From: Hydrolagus affinis
Lineage: Eukaryota
Reading direction: 5' to 3'
DNA length: 64,000 nt
Assembly: GCA_012026655.1 (NCBI GenBank)
Contig: JAAILG010001083.1
Location: 1 to 64,000 of the forward strand
In this document: positions 51,850 to 64,000 of the stretch, one piece after another
How the letters are laid out: the number at the start of each line of letters is the position of its first letter
Numbering within the stretch: the first letter of the stretch is position 1
The notes under the pieces: generated by a model
Told to the model about the DNA's origin: nothing
What the model saw: only the letters and a program-made list of their open reading frames with translations
Database searches by the model: none
Position numbers and translations under genes: made by a program

Positions 51850-52543
51850 CTGCGTAATGTGGGCGAGGCGATGTCAGGGTATTTGGATCCCTGCTGCCGA
51901 GTGCTTGGAGTGCCGTTGCTTCCAACCTGCAGTGGGTTTGCCTTGATCGAGCCAGAGGAAGCCACACTATCGGTGTCCGAGGAGACCCCCTTCTCCTTAT
52001 CAGTCTGGTTGGGTAACATAGGCACGGAGTTGCCCGGGCCGACTTTGGACGGCTCTCTCAGTTTAGAGACTGGCAGACCCACTGACTTACTGCTAATGTT
52101 CGAGTCGATGCTGCTCGTGCTGGATCTGTTCCCAGTCCCACGCCCATTCGATTTACTGGGGCGGGGCAGGCTCCGGTACTGAAGGTTGGTGCGTGCGTTT
52201 AAGGTCAGGTAGTTCTCCTCAGTGCTCTGGGAGCCGTCGACAGTGGCCTTCCTACCTGATGATCTGCCAATCAGGCCTCCCGACTTGGGGATTTTACCAA
52301 GGGTTGCCGACCCGCTGGTAATGGTGGCGCCGCTGGCCGTGATCATGGTCATTCCTCCCGAGGAACCTCCGTGCTTCTTGAATCCAAACGTGTTTGTCCC
52401 TCCAGTCACCCTCGAAGCACAAGAGGGAGGTTTCTTTCCCTCGTCCCCACTGCTCCTCCCGGCGTCCGACGGAGACCGTTGCACATTTGCGGATTTGGGA
52501 GACAGCCTTCCCTTTTCGGACACCTTCGCATCATCGGTTTTCG
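51850..52543 (-). CDS. NAV2: NAV2 coding exon (A)KTDDAKVSEKGRLSPK...FGFKK...LQYRSLPRP...KYPDIASPTLR(R)
   Basis: ttttgcag acceptor, AG|gtacgg donor, 694 nt. Contains the NAV FGFKK, TLGKIP and SLPRP motifs. Confidence 0.95.
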
Positions 52544-52750
52544 CTGCAAAAAATAAAGCGAGGTGTACGTACGTTAATCTGGCCTAACAGTCCATCAAAT
52601 TGATACCGATTCAGTCCAGAGTGCCACATTGACAAATATACAGCTGGAGATAAGTTCAATATTTCAGGAGCAAAACATTTTCACTTTTTCATGAAAACAC
52701 GCATGAAGAACATGTCGGAAATTGCCTCAAACTCTGCAACCTATAATAAA

Positions 52751-52820
52751 GATGATAATCCTTACATTTGATGTAGCACCTGAGATGTCTCAAAGTGCTT
52801 CACAGAATATTCTCTAAAGT
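52751..52820 (-). mobile_element. SINE tail fragment abutting the next SINE
   Basis: gataatccttacatttgatgtagcac...ctcaaagtgcttcacagaatattctctaaagt. Confidence 0.75.
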
Positions 52821-53140
52821 GGAGTCGTGCAGCTCAGTGGTTGGAGCACTCGCCTGACAAGCATGTGATCTGTGTTTCGAATCCAGGCAGGTCAGGGCGA
52901 AACCTTGGCCAAGTTTCTTTACTCCACACGCCTAATGATAATCCGTCCCAAAAAAAACCTATAATAAATTGGTCGTTTCAATCCACGACTGTTTGTGGGT
53001 ACACTGCTGTGCGCAATCGGCTGCTGCATTTCACCCACAAATATACAGTCAATTCACTTCACAGTATATTCTGTGAAGCGCTTTAAGTCGTCTAGAAGAT
53101 GTGAAAAGCTCTATCAAAATGCAAGGATTATTATTATTAT
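52819..53140 (+). mobile_element. Full-length tRNA-Deu SINE
   Basis: A and B boxes, core and tail. Confidence 0.92.
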
Positions 53141-53977
53141 ATATTCTAAAGTGTATATTTTGTGGGTGAAACCTCACCTTTAATCAGGTTGGCAAAACAC
53201 TGAGTTTTGAAAGCCCTATGAAAAGGGTAACAATTTATTCACTGTTATAGAGCAGTAAGAATTCAACACCAACAGTATTCAGTGGAATTTTGTGCTTTCA
53301 GAAAAGCTGACCCTAAAGCATGTTTCTCCAGTAGCTCACCCGACAGCATGGTTTATGTAACTAAGACTCGTGACCTTAGAGAGATCTCTTACGTCCTTGC
53401 ATTTTAAACGATTCCCTCTTGTCCGAGGTGTATATAAAAGAATATATTTTAAAATGTAGATGTTACCCAACAGGTTGGTAAGGCCACAGATTTCCAGCAT
53501 CTGCAGCTTTCCATTTTATCACCACATCAGATAGGGTTGAGTGAATAGGCTCCAACTGGTTTGATCCAAACTCAAACATGTTCATTTAATGCAATACATT
53601 TCTAACACAAAAAAAATTAAGTCTTTGCCTGGCTGATGACCAAAGTTAAAAGCGTGATCCTGTTCCAAGTTTGCTTCTTGAAAATCTGAATTAATGACAG
53701 ATCAGATTGGATCAGCCTGACCAAGTTCACACATGTTCGTAATCCACATTTTTTCCAGGCCAGCTCCCAATTATCAACAGGGTTTTAGGTACTCAATTTA
53801 ACTGAGACATCTCGGTAAAGTGCTGTAGAATGATAACCTACTTACGTTAGCAAAGACACCGTCAAAATGCATCAGCAAAAATAAAGCACGGCATATTCAC
53901 CTTAAAAAGTTCTGCACCACATTTCCCATATGTATTTCTGTGCTATGTACACTGTGAAGTATACACATCAAATATGA

Positions 53978-54228
53978 ATCCTCCGTTCCACTGTTGGCGG
54001 CCGTGCCAACAGCCACTGTGCCCTGAGGCTCTGGAACTCCCTTCCTCGCTTCCTTCGACTCGCCCCCTTCTTTTCAAGTCAAGGCTAAAGAACTTTCTTT
54101 TCGACCGTGCTTTTGATCACTTTTTTCCCCCTCCCCCTGGCTCAGCCCCGGGATCTGTTATTGTGAAGCGCTCTGAGACACCGTCTGGCGTGGAGTGAGG
54201 GCGCTATATAAATCCAAGTTGTTGTTGA
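53978..54228 (+). mobile_element. L2 LINE 3' end (ORF2 C-terminus and tail)
   Basis: Reads STVGGRANSHCALRLWNSLP...FKSRLKNFLFDRAF across a frameshift, then tail tgtgaagcgctctgagac...gggcgctatataaatccaag(ttg)n. Confidence 0.82.
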
Positions 54229-55123
54229 TTTTGTTCTATTGAATGCAATCGCAGCCACAAAATAAATACATGTTCTCCTTAGGTGTGCACATGTATCTGA
54301 AGGTGGGGTTCTGTGCTTTATATTTTAATTCCTCCTGATAGCATTCCCTCCATACCTGTCCTATTTGGTGTCATGAGATTAATGTTGGCACCGGATGAAA
54401 TTTCAATTGGCTCCAGACTCCGAGTAGAGTATTCCTGAATTGGTTCCAATTCTCTAAATATTATCTCCAATGATAAATGCCTCTTCAGCTGAGAATCAAA
54501 GCTTTAAATTGGCCTTCTAACCAATCTCTTTTGACACCCTTCTACTTAGAAGTTCAAGGAATAAAGGAAGGTTTGTGATTGATAGCACAAATCACCAGCT
54601 CCGATTCTCCACTCCAATTAATATGGTAAACGGGCAGACGACACACAGGAAAATAGTCAATGAAACAGTAAATACAACTGGCTCCAAACAGAGCTCAATT
54701 GTGAATGCTACACTTCAAGCTGATAAATGCATTGGCTCCAGCCTTGAGTATTATATATTCACCACACCCTAAATCACTGCCACTGACTTCCTAGTCCCAG
54801 AGAGTTCTTGTTGAGAGATTGACAAGACGACATCCAAATTTATCATAATCCTTCCTTAATTCATTCACGCTGGCAGCTCTGCACTTCATAGGTAAATTTA
54901 TCCTGACAAAAAAATGCCAAACGTGAAGATGCAAGTTTCTGGATTGTCTGAAAATGCAACAACAGAATCCCTCGCCATCAGAAAACCAACAATTATCCCT
55001 TGCATCTCAAGTCAAACATCACACACTTGGTACCAATGGCAGTGCCTGTTTGACTGCCCCCTTGTAGAAAAACCCAAACCTATTTTCTACTTTGTATGAA
55101 TACAATCAGTTATGTGTCCTTAC

Positions 55124-55394
55124 CATGCGTTTTCAGTGTGTTTGATGTTTTAGGCCTGGGTGTGGTGATGCCAACCTGCGCTGTCATCCCTCTTCGCCAA
55201 GATCCGGTCTGTGAAATGACTGTGGTTTTCTTTGCCGAACTGCTTTTGTCTGATTCGTCAGACATGTCTGACGGATTTCGTCTCCACTTGGAGCTCGAAT
55301 CCATCCTCACTCCACTGTCCGATCCACCGTCCGACTGTTTCACTTCTTCACCGGGCCAGGGAGGGTTCTTCTCTGTGTGCTTCTCCACATCTGT
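55124..55394 (-). CDS. NAV2: NAV2 coding exon TDVEKH...SDGGSDSG...WRRNPSDMSDESDK...GSWRRGMTAQVGIT...LKTH
   Basis: tctcag acceptor (an alternative in-frame AG lies 6 nt upstream), G|gtaagg donor, 271 nt. Confidence 0.94.
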
Positions 55395-56993
55395 CTGAGA
55401 CTGGGAACAGAATTGCAAAGGGAGTCAGCAAACCTGGAGAATCGTTCAAATATTTAGGCCATTTTTGGCTTGTTAAAAACGCACAAGTGAACAAAGCGTC
55501 CGCGTGAAGCAAAATCAATGGCAAACCAAACATTAAAGGGTAAATCAGTGCCTAAAAGAGAAAATAGGTCAACCTTGCAGGATTGATTGCTTCTCTGCGA
55601 GTATTTGCTGGAAAGTACTTTTGAGTGGGGCATCACCTCATACATGTCCAGCTTGTCAACTATTCATATCCCCTAATTTCCCGCCCCAACCATGCTTCAC
55701 GATATTGCATTAATCAAAATGGTACATGTTGTGACTGTAGAATGTAGTAAAATCGCAAGCAACGATTAAATCTGTGACAGCTTCTGTTCGTCTTCCCCCT
55801 CCACTCAGTATTTCTCATGTCAGTAAGCTGGAGTGTCATATTGATGTACGATAGCATAGGTGATGGTGAATCCTGTAGTAAAATTGCCTGTGCTCTAACC
55901 CTGAGGTGAAAATCTGTACACTGAGCATCTGCAAACTGCCTGATCTTGAGGGCTACAAGAAGGAATTTGCACCAAAATACTCTACAAACCTACACTCGAT
56001 AACATCGCTTCCCTCCATTGCCTGCCAGCTGAGATCAGCGAATACAAAATTCCCCTGTATTTATCATGAAAAAGTAGGTAGCATTTGATTTTGCAATTGT
56101 TGCAAAACACAAATTACCGGATGCCTCTGAACTGAATCAAGTTGAAGATTTGATTTGGTGCAAACAATAGGCTTGTGTGCAATGCCTGATATACATTCAT
56201 AACACCTGGAGCTGTAAGCGTGACTCATTATTTGATCATAATCATTATCACATATGAAAATCTTATTAGAAATGATGGTAAAATTTATATATTGAAACTA
56301 CACACACAAACATACCGCAACATACACAGACAAACAGTTTAACAAACAAACAGTTACATCGACCCCCACCCACACACACATACACAAAATCCACATTTAA
56401 AGAACTTAAAGAATGTGATTTATCCTATGAAGAAAACAAAGAAAATTATTCCAAAGGAGTTCTATAATTGGAACCGTATTCTTAAAATAAATAAATCCCT
56501 CAATCATGTGGTGAAAGCAATTTGACATCAAATTAAAGCTGAGCCACCAAAAGTTATTTTCAATAATGACAGTTAGCTTCAACCTTTTCATTAATAAGTA
56601 AATTAAAGGGAGCAGAAAGACAGGGCAGACCTTCCCTCAGGCAAACGGAAATAAGCAATAACCTTTAAATTAGAATTATCCCATTGCATTACAGCTTTTA
56701 AATAATGGAATCCAGCATTTAATGACAGATATAAAAGCATCGCCACTGTTATCAAGTGAATTAACTATACAGTATACCCTTGTTCCAAGTGGTGGCACGA
56801 GGCTTCTAACAGATAATGTGTTAGAAACCAAATTGTAGGGACTGCATTGCTTTGACCTATCAATGTAAATCAAAACTTTTATTCGGCTTTGGACAAATAC
56901 CAGTTAAGGTTTGCATTCAAAATGGGTATTAAAGGTCTTATGAAGCATGACCCTCAAGACTAGGTTTTAATGAGTTTATCTGTCAATTTATCT

Positions 56994-57294
56994 GTGGAGC
57001 TCCTGTAGCTCAGTGGTTTGATCATTCGCCTTACAAGCGTGAGACCTGTGTTCGAATCCAGGCAGATCAGAGCGAAACCTTGGGCAAGTTTCCTTACTCA
57101 ACACATCTACTAATAATCCGTCTCAAAAAAACACAATAATAAAAATTGTTCATTTCAATCCACGACTTTTTGGGGACACTGTTGTGCGCAATTGGCTGCC
57201 ACATTTCGCCCACAAATGTATTGTCAATTCATTTTACAATGTGAAGCGCTTTAAGACGTTGATAAGACGCTTTATCAAATGCAAGGATTATTAT
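56994..57294 (+). mobile_element. Full-length tRNA-Deu SINE
   Basis: A and B boxes, core and tail. Confidence 0.92.
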
Positions 57295-57850
57295 CTTTTA
57301 TTATTAATATTGGGCAAAGGGTACAGTTTTCAAGATTCTATGTTCAGTCATATGGCTCCAATGTCTCCATTATTTTTTTCAACAGATGAAACTGACGAGT
57401 CATTTCTGCAAAGCAGGTGTACCACGATTCCAGTGTTAAAGCGAAGCAGTCAATACCAGGTGGGTGTTACAATGCAATTGCCCTGTATCTACTATTTGTG
57501 GACATAATGGCATTTGGAAGTTGTCAAAACAAATGCATGCAGCATCACCTGAAATCTCGTGATGTGTGCAAATCCTAACTGTAACCGACCAGTCTTTCCA
57601 GTGAGCTCTTATGTAAACAGAAGCAGCAGAGTCAGAAACGTGAACTCCAGTGAACTCCAAGAGACCGGATTGGTAAGACCAGACACTGTGGAGACCACCA
57701 TGGGGATCGAGCCCACGATCAGCAACAGCCATGGCAAAAAACGGGTCACCTTATCCTGCGGTTAAGTTACATTGGCTTTTGATGACTGAAATATAGATTT
57801 GTGAGGGAAGGGGCGAAGGCGGGTGGGGGAAGTGCCAGGGGATTATAATC

Positions 57851-58110
57851 TTAGAACATAAGAACATAAGTATTAGGAGCAGGAATAGCCCCTCGAGCCT
57901 GCCCCGCCATTCAATAGGATCATGACTAATCTTCTAATCTAATTCCACCTACCCGCCTTGTCCCCATATCCCTTAATCCCTTTACCCATAAGAAATATAT
58001 CAATCTCAGTCTTGAATATGTTCAAGGAACGACCATTTACAGCCTTTTGGGGGTAGAGAGTTCCATAAATTCACTATCCTCGGAGCGAAGAAGTTTTTCC
58101 TTAACTCAGT
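57851..58110 (-). mobile_element. CR1 LINE 3' end including the ORF2 C-terminus
   Basis: Translates to TELRKNFFAPRIVNLWNSLPQKAVNGRSLNIFKTEIDIFLMGKGIKGYGDK, with an (ttcttatg)n tail. Confidence 0.9.
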
Positions 58111-59034
58111 GCAATCTTACTAGTGCAATAAACGTTTAGACACGCACTTCAGACAAATTTCCAAATCGTCCACTGGAGTACTGTACAATAATGAGATGAT
58201 GTAATGTGTCTCACTACACAATAGACTCAGACGCATAACTGAACCAGATTACCGCCTGGAAATTAAAACGTATTTCATTCCAGTCTTGGCTGGTTTGGGA
58301 AGTTTATACTGTACACACGGGGAGCCTGAGCTGAAATTGGAACTGTTCTCGTGACAGTTTACTATAACTGAGGTATGAGAATCTCTTCAGTTCCAAATGC
58401 AAGGATTGGAATTTCCCCAATTATAAGTGGAAGACATCTACCATATAATTAAGATCATTTCATTAAAACTTTGATGGTTTTCCAAACCACAGGATTTGAG
58501 ATTGTAAAATACTCAAATATCAGGCACTGTTCATTTTAATCTAATACTAAGCAGTGGTATTTAGTACTTAAAACAATTGTCAAATATTTCTCCCATTCTA
58601 AGATCATGAAACTGACCTGACTGATGAGCTGTTGCCAATTATTTCATAAAGATATAACTTTCCTAAAGATATCATTGTCAATAGTTCCAGTTGTTGCCAA
58701 TAATTTTGTAAAGATATCATGCAGCGCCCTTTCATCACTTTCCACTGTAGTCTTAGATATCGGTTACAGTCTACATTACAAGGAGGAGGACTAAGAACTG
58801 AACAAGGAATGATATGAAAGGGAACAATAGCGAAAAATGTTTCATTGTGAAATGCTAATCTGGAGTAAATGTTAGGGCTCAATGAAACTGCTTTCAAAGT
58901 TAAATCCTTCTGCAACAAGAATTGGCACAAACTGAAACAAAGCGTTTCAACAAAGTGTTAAAAGTTGTGCTGGATCTTTCTACGACTGCCAGATACGTTT
59001 GAGAAAATATACAGAATAAAAGTCCAATATAGAT

Positions 59035-59170
59035 AAAATAAATAGTCCTTGATGTAGAACCTCTCAAGTCAGGAAGATGTCTCAAAGCACCCTCACAGGA
59101 TTTTACTGTAAAGTACAGAATAGGGACTGTGTGTTTTGTGGATGAAACCGGCAACTGTCGCAATGCTGAC
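59035..59170 (-). mobile_element. Degenerate SINE tail and core
   Basis: gatgtctcaaagcaccctcacag...tactgtaaagt...gactgtgtgttttgtggatgaaaccggcaac. Confidence 0.6.
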
Positions 59171-59648
59171 AATGACCCAGTTCCACATGTAGGTTCCCCA
59201 AATCATGGCATTGCAATAGAATGTAATGTTCAGTTATCAGGATTGTAACTGAATCACTGTTCTGATCAGTAAAGATGCCTCAATAGCACTTGGCAGCAAA
59301 AAGCAAGGTTAAAACAACAACTTAGTGCGTCCCATCGTGCTTTCAGCCAGCAAACACTCCCAGTTCCCTGGAAAACCGGCAACTTTCCTAAAATTTTAGC
59401 TGAAAGAATAGAGTTTGTCGTTGTTAGAACTTTTACGACACTTTAAAAAGTGAAAATCCACCAATTGAGGGGTGTTTAAATGTTCAAAAAATGGATGTTT
59501 TGTATCAGAAGTTGGCACTTTTTTCCTCTGGGGCACAATAAATGTATTCACAGGATTTATCGCTCACTTGTGTGAACATGAATCAAATGGAAAAAACCTG
59601 AAGTGCAAATGAGATGGATTCCTACTTAAACAGGGTTTGGCAATTTAC

Positions 59649-59787
59649 CTGGATATCGGGGTTCCTGCGAGAGGTAGCTGGCGTGTTGGCGTACGAGCTG
59701 ATGGAGGAGCTGGTGTTGATATCATCTGTGCTGAGGTTGTCTATCGTGTCACTGATGCCGCTGCTAACAGAGCTGCTGTCATCCCAG
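59649..59787 (-). CDS. NAV2: NAV2 coding exon (S)WDDSSSVSSGISDTIDNLSTDDINTSSSISSYANTPATSRRNPDIQ
   Basis: ctcatag acceptor, CAG|gtaaat donor, 139 nt, phase 2 to 0. Confidence 0.95.
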
Positions 59788-60503
59788 CTATGAGAGGGGA
59801 AAACAAAAGGCAGAGTGTTTGGACACAAATACACCGCAGTCAGTTTGGAACAAAACCCACACCTCCCAGTCATCGTATTTTCGCATTTCACAGGATTCCT
59901 TGATCCCACAGTGAGCAGCAGAGGAAATGCCAGGAAATGACAGTTCTAAGGTAACACAATGAGATCCAGTCAATCAGCCCTCGATAAGAGAAAATATTTT
60001 TATCTACCTCACCTTGCGGGTTCTTCAAACAAAGGCCATTTATCCAAAGTGGTTCTCGCCTTCGAAGAGAGTTAGATTTATACCTTGTCCAATGTTGATT
60101 TATTCCGCAGAAGGAATGTCATCAATGACCCGCGGCACACAGCTCTGTGTTCACCCTTCCTACAAACATACTGTGGTGCAACCGGCCAAGTTGCAACGCA
60201 AGTTCTTTATCCAAGGCTGTACATACCATGAGAAACCTATTACTGACTCCAGTCCAAATCTGACCCATGGTGCAGGGGAGCAAATGGATTTTCCCACTCC
60301 CCAGGTGGATTACTGTAAACAGGATTACTGTGCAGCAGAGATCAGTGGGGAGTCATTTCTAAGCCACTTTCGCACTCAACTTGAGAGCAGCTTCAGCAGC
60401 GGAAATATAAGAGGTGAGGGTTCCTTGATTTTAAACTATTCTGGAGGATTTTGTTTTCCATCTGCTTATTTTGGACTTGGCTATAATGCCTGTTCCCCTC
60501 CCT

Positions 60504-60817
60504 GTGGAGCTCCTGTAGCTCAGTGGTTGGAGCACTCCCCTTACAAGCGTGAGACCTGTGTTCAAATCTAGGCAGATCAGGGCAAAACCATGGGCAAGTT
60601 TCTTACTTCACACACACGCCTAATAAAAATCCGTCCAAAAAAACCCCCCACAATAATAAAAATTTGTCATTTCAATCCACGGCTGTTTGTTTGACACTGC
60701 CGCGCTTTGCCCACAAATAAAGAGTCAACTCACTTTACAGTATATTCTGTGAAGCACTTTGAGACGTCGATAAGATGTGAAAAAGCACTATATCAAATGT
60801 AAGGATTATTATTATTA
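60504..60817 (+). mobile_element. Full-length tRNA-Deu SINE (small core deletion)
   Basis: A and B boxes, core and tail. Confidence 0.92.
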
Positions 60818-62892
60818 TGGTAGAATAGCCTGCAGAGACTCACTGTCAAGATTCACACACAAACATTAGACATTACAGCAATATGCTGGACAGTGCTCAG
60901 TATCTGTCGGGCTATGTCCAGTATAATTAAAATTGCTTCTCATCAATGCTGGGGAGAATATTAGTGGAAGCAAAAAAAAATTAAAAAAGGGAGGAAATTC
61001 GAATCAACCGTTCAATTTAGAAACTGAAGACCTCACACCACTTTCATGGCATGCTTAATGTACAATTCAAAATGATTAAAGTGAATTATCTGCACAGAGA
61101 GTGATTTTGATAATTACCAGAATTATTTTTGAAAGCTGCAGTGTGCAACTGCATTTTTACTCTGTAACAGAAACTGGACAAAAAAAAAACCATAACAAAG
61201 GAAGGATTTACTCTCTGAACTCAAGAGATTTGTTTCTGATTTTGATTTGCCAAATGAACCATTTTCCCCTCGTTCAGTGCCCAAAGGAACCGATGTATGG
61301 GGTAATGCTCAAAAACATAACCTCTGAATTAACTTGCTTGATTCTTTCCTGCATAAGAATTTATGTGCCAATAGGATAACATACAATATAACTGAACCCC
61401 TTCCACTTACAGGGAGGTACTGTTTCACCAGAGAGAGAAAATAAATCAAATTTGTTCCAATGACAGTTTGGGGTTAGGATCTTACAGCCTTTGCCAGTGC
61501 AATAAATTGGGCCCTGTGATTACTTGCTGGTTCCAAAAAACACACAATATATGTGTAATTTGCCTGCTCTGGGTTTTCACCTTTTTCTCTCATATTTCCA
61601 AGCCACATTTTGAAATCTAGCTTAAGTATGAACCGCAGAAGAAATAAACTGCCGCTGAATTCGTTTTTTTGGAGTGTTTCAAAAGTTGCGAGCCGTAAAT
61701 CATCAACAACAACAACTTGCACTTATATAGCACCCTCCGCACAGGGTGGGAGTGCTTAAATCTGTCATTTCACTTTCTGCCATATCTGCTGACTGAATTG
61801 AAAGAATGGTTAGAAATAGTCAGCTGATTTATTATTACAGATGGTACGCAGCAAAATGACCTATGCATAGCCGTTAAATTGTTCCAGTAAATTAACATTT
61901 ATTCCTCTTTCGAATCCATTCCTACTCATGCAATACATATTCATTGTTCATTGTCAGTTTGTACGAAACCTTCACAACACAAAAAAAAGTCTCCAGCCTT
62001 CCTTTTCTTTCAGCTTAGGCATCGATTGATTTACTCTGACATCTTGGTTAAATTATTGCGGAGAATAATGTCACTGTTGGAAGACTCTGACCACTGAACT
62101 GGAGATCGGGGAGCATTCCTTGATGCTAGCAGTCCACACTAGGAATTTCAACTCCTTTTTTTAAAAAAAATAGAAGGTGGAATGCCACTGAGGTGCTGCA
62201 TTTGAAACAAACATTATCACGGAAAGGACATCACACTTCCTCCAAAGTTTTGTTTAATTGGGTGATAAATCTGAAGACAAAGCCATCGCAGGAGTAATAT
62301 GTAAAGGAATTTAAGAAGGAAAAAAAGATTAGAGCGTTTCTGACCCTTCAGTGATAAATCTCGAGCTGAAAACAATCCATGCATTTGGCTGGAGGTTCTT
62401 GTGATTGTGCAGGCATGCCTCTCCCCTCTTGCAGGAAGGAGATAGCACAGCCTTCACTCAACTACTCCCCTCAATTCTGTTCAGACTGAGAACTGAACAG
62501 AACATGTATCAAACCTGCGCTGTCCCTCATTCCTTTGGTCTGAGGATTAGTTTAGCAATACTCCTCTTCACAGAACCCTTGGAAGACAAAAATATTTTAA
62601 AAGTTTCTTTCCATCGCTAATTAATTCTCTCCTTCACTTCCCTTCAGAGCACCCAGGCTGGGGTGCGTTTCATAGATGCTGACAGGCACCTCATCTCACT
62701 CAAGCGACCAATCTTCAAGTAGGAGCCTACAGGATGAATGACACTTTAACACTTGTTTGTAAAGCAATCAATCCTGAGCCTAATCTTCTCCTCACACGTG
62801 TCCATATACACATTTTCTAATGGAGGCTGTTACAGGCGCTCAATAGCTCAATCAGGGAAAATGATATTGGATAATACTTCTAGATCTTGGGC

Positions 62893-63217
62893 TGAAGTCC
62901 TGCAGCTCCGTGATTAGAGCACTCGCTGTACAAGCGAAAGAACTGGGTTCGATTCCAGGCAGCGCAAAACCTTGGGCAAGTTTCCTTACTCCACATGCCT
63001 GATGATAATCTCTCAAAATAATAATAATAAACAATAATAATTTGGTCATTTCAATCCACGACTGTTTGTGGGACACTGCTGTGCACAATTGGCTGTTGCG
63101 TTCCACCCACAAATATACAGTCAATTCACTTTACAGTATATTCTGTGAAGCGCTTTGAGACGTCTAGAAGACATAAGAAGTGCTATAATCAAACGCAGGG
63201 CTTATTATTGTTATTAT
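62893..63217 (+). mobile_element. Full-length tRNA-Deu SINE
   Basis: A and B boxes, core and tail. Confidence 0.9.
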
Positions 63218-63787
63218 AAGAACACTGAAATCATCATTGCCCATTATCCTGTCATGAAATCTGTTATTTCCCGACGAACCAAAGATTGGAGTTCCTGGTC
63301 TGTGTGACTCGATACTACTTTGTATTTATCCAGTGAGTCATTGACGGAACCCGAACGGATATTTTTTGCTGTTTCAGTGACTTATTGTGACTGACACTTG
63401 GGAGAACAATGGATAATTGGCAGTACGGTACCTACACAGGTCCTTCGTGTCAACCATGTTATATTGGGGGTAGGGCTAAGTGACTTATTCTCAGATTTTC
63501 CTTCTATTAAGCATCTCTCCACACCAACAAGAGACGAGATGAGATGAACAAAAGAAGATTCTCGCTGATGAAATTGGCACACGTCAGAAATAAACAATAG
63601 GAGTCTGAGAACAACGGCCAGATACAACCTGGTCTCTAGGAGTAAACAGTTTGTTGCAGATTTCCATACAAGTTAATTTGCCTACATTTTTATTTATTTA
63701 TAGTAACTGAACAATTATTCAAAATATTAGCAGGATCAAATGCAAACTAAGCAAAGCCCTACCGATACCCTTCCACATGAGAAAGAA

Positions 63788-63831
63788 GATTATATATCTA
63801 TATATATTATATATTATATATATATTATATA
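63788..63831. repeat. (TA)n low-complexity repeat
   Basis: Directly visible. Confidence 0.85.
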
Positions 63832-64000
63832 GCGTGACTTTGGGGAAATAACACACATTGTAAGACACTACAGGCTTTGTGAAGAATATACCTTCAATGT
63901 GAGCATTTTAAGCCACCTCTAGAGAGACACACAGCCTCCAGCGCTCCAACTTCCATTTCAGGCGCTCACTAATCCCACCCAGACTTGTCAAGCTTTCTTT

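Larger units (their letters stand above)
2695..64000 (-). other. NAV2: NAV2 (neuron navigator 2) transcription unit, 3' portion; the 5' end lies outside the window
   Basis: 28 exons with GT-AG ends and matching phases give a continuous ~1499-aa reading frame. It closely follows vertebrate NAV2 as I recall it (WDDSSSVSSGISDTIDNLSTDD...HHDDILDSSLESTL*). The left limit is inferred from polyA signals. Confidence 0.93.

Noticed and set aside
51838-52603. Plus-strand ORFs over the largest exon (also 50814-51105 and 55096-55398)
   Set aside because: Antisense shadows of NAV2 coding exons.
60014-60571. 185-aa plus-strand ORF
   Set aside because: Non-ATG start, no recognisable motif, antisense in an intron, and runs into a SINE head.
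1-64000. CRISPR array, operon or other prokaryotic system
   Set aside because: The sequence is a spliced vertebrate gene. The repeats are dispersed retroposons without regular spacing.

Overview
Eukaryotic (vertebrate) genomic DNA, most likely from a cartilaginous fish. The repeat content resembles that of a holocephalan such as Callorhinchus (inference). Almost the whole window is the 3' part of a neuron navigator 2 (NAV2, unc-53 family) gene on the minus strand. I mapped 28 coding exons (59787 down to the TGA stop at 5265) with GT-AG boundaries and consistent phases. They splice to 4501 nt, about 1499 aa, running from the Ser-rich region through the coiled coils to the C-terminal AAA+ domain. 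A ~2.5 kb 3'UTR follows, then two CTCF-like motifs. The 5' exons lie beyond the right edge. Introns are dense with one tRNA-headed, Deu-core SINE family with an L2-type tail, plus CR1 and L2 3' fragments. Nearly all ORFs in the supplied track are noise, SINE read-through or exon fragments. The most interesting signals are in splicing: a 9-nt VYE microexon, a candidate 21-nt microexon, a 65-nt frameshifted exon resembling a NAV3 cassette exon (possible poison exon), and a candidate internal first exon for a short coiled-coil+AAA isoform. I see no prokaryote-type novel system.
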